Positions 62,393 through 64,000 of a stretch of DNA of 64,000 bases are shown in pieces. Position 1 is the first letter of the stretch; each line of letters begins with the position of its first letter. Location of the stretch: assembly GCA_016928235.1 (NCBI GenBank), contig JAFGLD010000096.1, positions 3,006 to 67,005 of the forward strand, given 5' to 3'. The notes beneath the pieces were generated by a model. It was not told the DNA's origin. It searched no databases and worked only from the letters and a program-made list of their open reading frames with translations. Position numbers and translations under genes: made by a program. Origin of the DNA: Anaerolineae bacterium. GTDB taxonomy: Bacteria > Chloroflexota > Anaerolineae > Aggregatilineales > UBA3940.

Positions 62393-63886
62393 ATGAAAAC
62401 ATCCTCTACCACACCGCGTTCAGTCATCGTCGTCGGCGCCGGGCTGGGCGGCATTGCAGCCGCGGCACATCTGGCCCGGCATGGCATGACCGTAACCGTG
62501 ATCGAAAAGAATCCCCGCCCCGGCGGCCGCTGCGACCGCATCAGCCGTGACGGTCACCACTTCGATACCGGTCCGACACTGTTCGTCATGCCCTTGCTGT
62601 ACGAGCAGGAATTCACGGCATTGGGCGCCAATATGTACGAGGCGCTGGATCTGCAGCGCGTCGATCCCACCTATCACCTGGTTTTCGATGACGGCAGCCG
62701 GCTTAACCTGACCTCCGATATGAAGAGAATGCATGAACAGCTCGAAGCCATCGAGCCGGGCAGTTTTCAGGGCTTCCTGCGCTACATGGATGAGGGCCAC
62801 CGGCACTATCATGTCTCGATGGAGAAACTGGTTAATCGGGAGTTCAGGACCGCGACCGAGTTCTTCTCTTTGCGCAACCTGCCGCTGCTGTTTCAACTGA
62901 AACCGCTCGTCAAACATTATCACAATGCGGGATCTTATTTCCGAACCCCGCGTCTGAAGGCTTCTTTCACTTTCCAGGATATGTACATGGGGCTGAGCCC
63001 CTTCGAGGCACTGGCGACCTTCTCTCTGATGCCCTACACCGAGCTCGCTCACGGTGTGTGGTACCCACGCGGGGGAATGTATCGCGTGACAGAGGCGCTC
63101 GTGGAGATTGCTCGTCAGGCGGGGGTTGAATTCGTCTTCGACACGGCAGTCCGGCAGATCGATGTCAATGGCGCGTCTGCTCGCGGTGTTATCCTCTCGG
63201 ATGGGCAGAAGCTGGCGGCGGATATCGTCCTGGCAAACGCCGATTTGCCATACGTGTACCAGTCGCTGCTGCCGGACCAGAATCTGGCTTCACGCCTGTC
63301 TCGTAAACGCTTCTCATGCTCGGTCATCAGCTTCTTCTGGGGTGTCGATAAATCCTACCCGGATCTCGGCCCGCACACCCTGTTCCTGGGAGATAATTAT
63401 CGAGAGAACTTCGAGAGCATCGTCCAAAATATGCCCTTGTCTGAGCATCCCAGCCTCTATCTTCATGCGCCCACACGCATCGATCCTTCGATGGCACCGC
63501 CGGGCCAGGACACACTGATCGCCATTGTTCCTGTTGGCCACATGGGTGAGGACAATCAACAGGATTGGGGAGATATTCGGGATCGCGCTCGGCAGGAAGT
63601 CTTCCAACGACTGGCGCTTCTGGGGATCACCGATCTCGAAGCGCATCTGAAGTTCGAGACGGTCTACACCCCTCACTCGTGGCACAAGCTCTATAACCTG
63701 TTGAAAGGCTCGACCCATGGGCTGTGCCATAATCTGACCCAGCTGGGCTATTTCCGTCCGGCCAACCGGCATCCTCACTATCACAATCTGTATTTTGTGG
63801 GAGCCAGCACCCATCCCGGCACCGGGATGCCGACAGCCATGGTCTCCGCTCGGATGGTTGCCCAACGCATTATGGAGAGCGCCTGA
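62393..63886 (+). CDS. crtI: phytoene desaturase family protein (CrtI-type)
   Basis: N-terminal FAD fold VIVVGAGLGGIAAAAHLARHG..V.V.EKN..PGGR and C-terminal FVGASTHPGTGMP signature. 497 aa. Confidence 0.85.
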   Translation: MKTSSTTPRSVIVVGAGLGGIAAAAHLARHGMTVTVIEKNPRPGGRCDRISRDGHHFDTGPTLFVMPLLYEQEFTALGANMYEALDLQRVDPTYHLVFDDGSRLNLTSDMKRMHEQLEAIEPGSFQGFLRYMDEGHRHYHVSMEKLVNREFRTATEFFSLRNLPLLFQLKPLVKHYHNAGSYFRTPRLKASFTFQDMYMGLSPFEALATFSLMPYTELAHGVWYPRGGMYRVTEALVEIARQAGVEFVFDTAVRQIDVNGASARGVILSDGQKLAADIVLANADLPYVYQSLLPDQNLASRLSRKRFSCSVISFFWGVDKSYPDLGPHTLFLGDNYRENFESIVQNMPLSEHPSLYLHAPTRIDPSMAPPGQDTLIAIVPVGHMGEDNQQDWGDIRDRARQEVFQRLALLGITDLEAHLKFETVYTPHSWHKLYNLLKGSTHGLCHNLTQLGYFRPANRHPHYHNLYFVGASTHPGTGMPTAMVSARMVAQRIMESA

Positions 63887-64000
63887 CAGTAGCATCGAGT
63901 GTTATAGATGATTAACCCCTTGGCAGTCTGACTGTCGTAAGATACAAAACCATCATTCAAGATTGTCTGCGCCCGGCACAAGATGGTTGATGATCGTAAA

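Noticed and set aside
1-64000. Search by eye for rRNA, tRNA, tmRNA, RNase P, a prophage, IS or transposase, integrase, and toxin-antitoxin or restriction-modification genes.
   Set aside because: I recognised none of these. This is a weak negative, because small RNAs in particular cannot be reliably excluded without covariance-model tools such as tRNAscan-SE or Infernal.

Overview
This is a 64-kb chromosomal window with moderately high G+C. By eye I found no rRNA, tRNA, CRISPR array, transposase, integrase or phage genes. The protein sequences resemble those of a filamentous Chloroflexota-like bacterium, but that is an impression only and I could not search anything. The left third is housekeeping: nadC-nadA-nadB, an ECF sigma / ZAS anti-sigma / trxB module, the primary sigma factor, lspA, a GH13_18 phosphorylase + GT4 + DUF402 sugar cluster, a lipoate ligase and a DMT transporter. 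The centre (about 16.9-38.9 kb, all on the minus strand) is the most unusual part. It is an uninterrupted row of eleven signalling genes. In transcription order these are two atypical single-domain receiver proteins with tandem-repeat tails, then six paralogous multi-GAF sensor proteins with no recognisable output domain, several of them joined by overlapping stop/start codons. Next comes an 1868-aa multi-GAF hybrid histidine kinase with two receiver domains. The last gene is a threonine-synthase-like PLP enzyme fused to a receiver domain. All six output-less paralogues end at the same point, just inside the N-terminal helix and first strand of a further GAF domain. The right third holds glgP, an Lnt-like protein, a MoxR AAA+ ATPase paired with a VWA protein that carries a duplicated metallopeptidase-like domain, and two translationally coupled lipoprotein genes (one a 49-aa ORF absent from the track). 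It also holds a MalT-like STAND/LuxR regulator, a 1497-aa MEDS-PAS-GAF kinase with an OmpR-type regulator, ACT, HIT, GT2 and GH114-like genes, and crtB-like/crtI. Intergenic DNA carries heptamer tandem repeats, a REPIN-like hairpin doublet, a 21-nt palindromic tandem repeat, and a modular repeat family seen at three loci.
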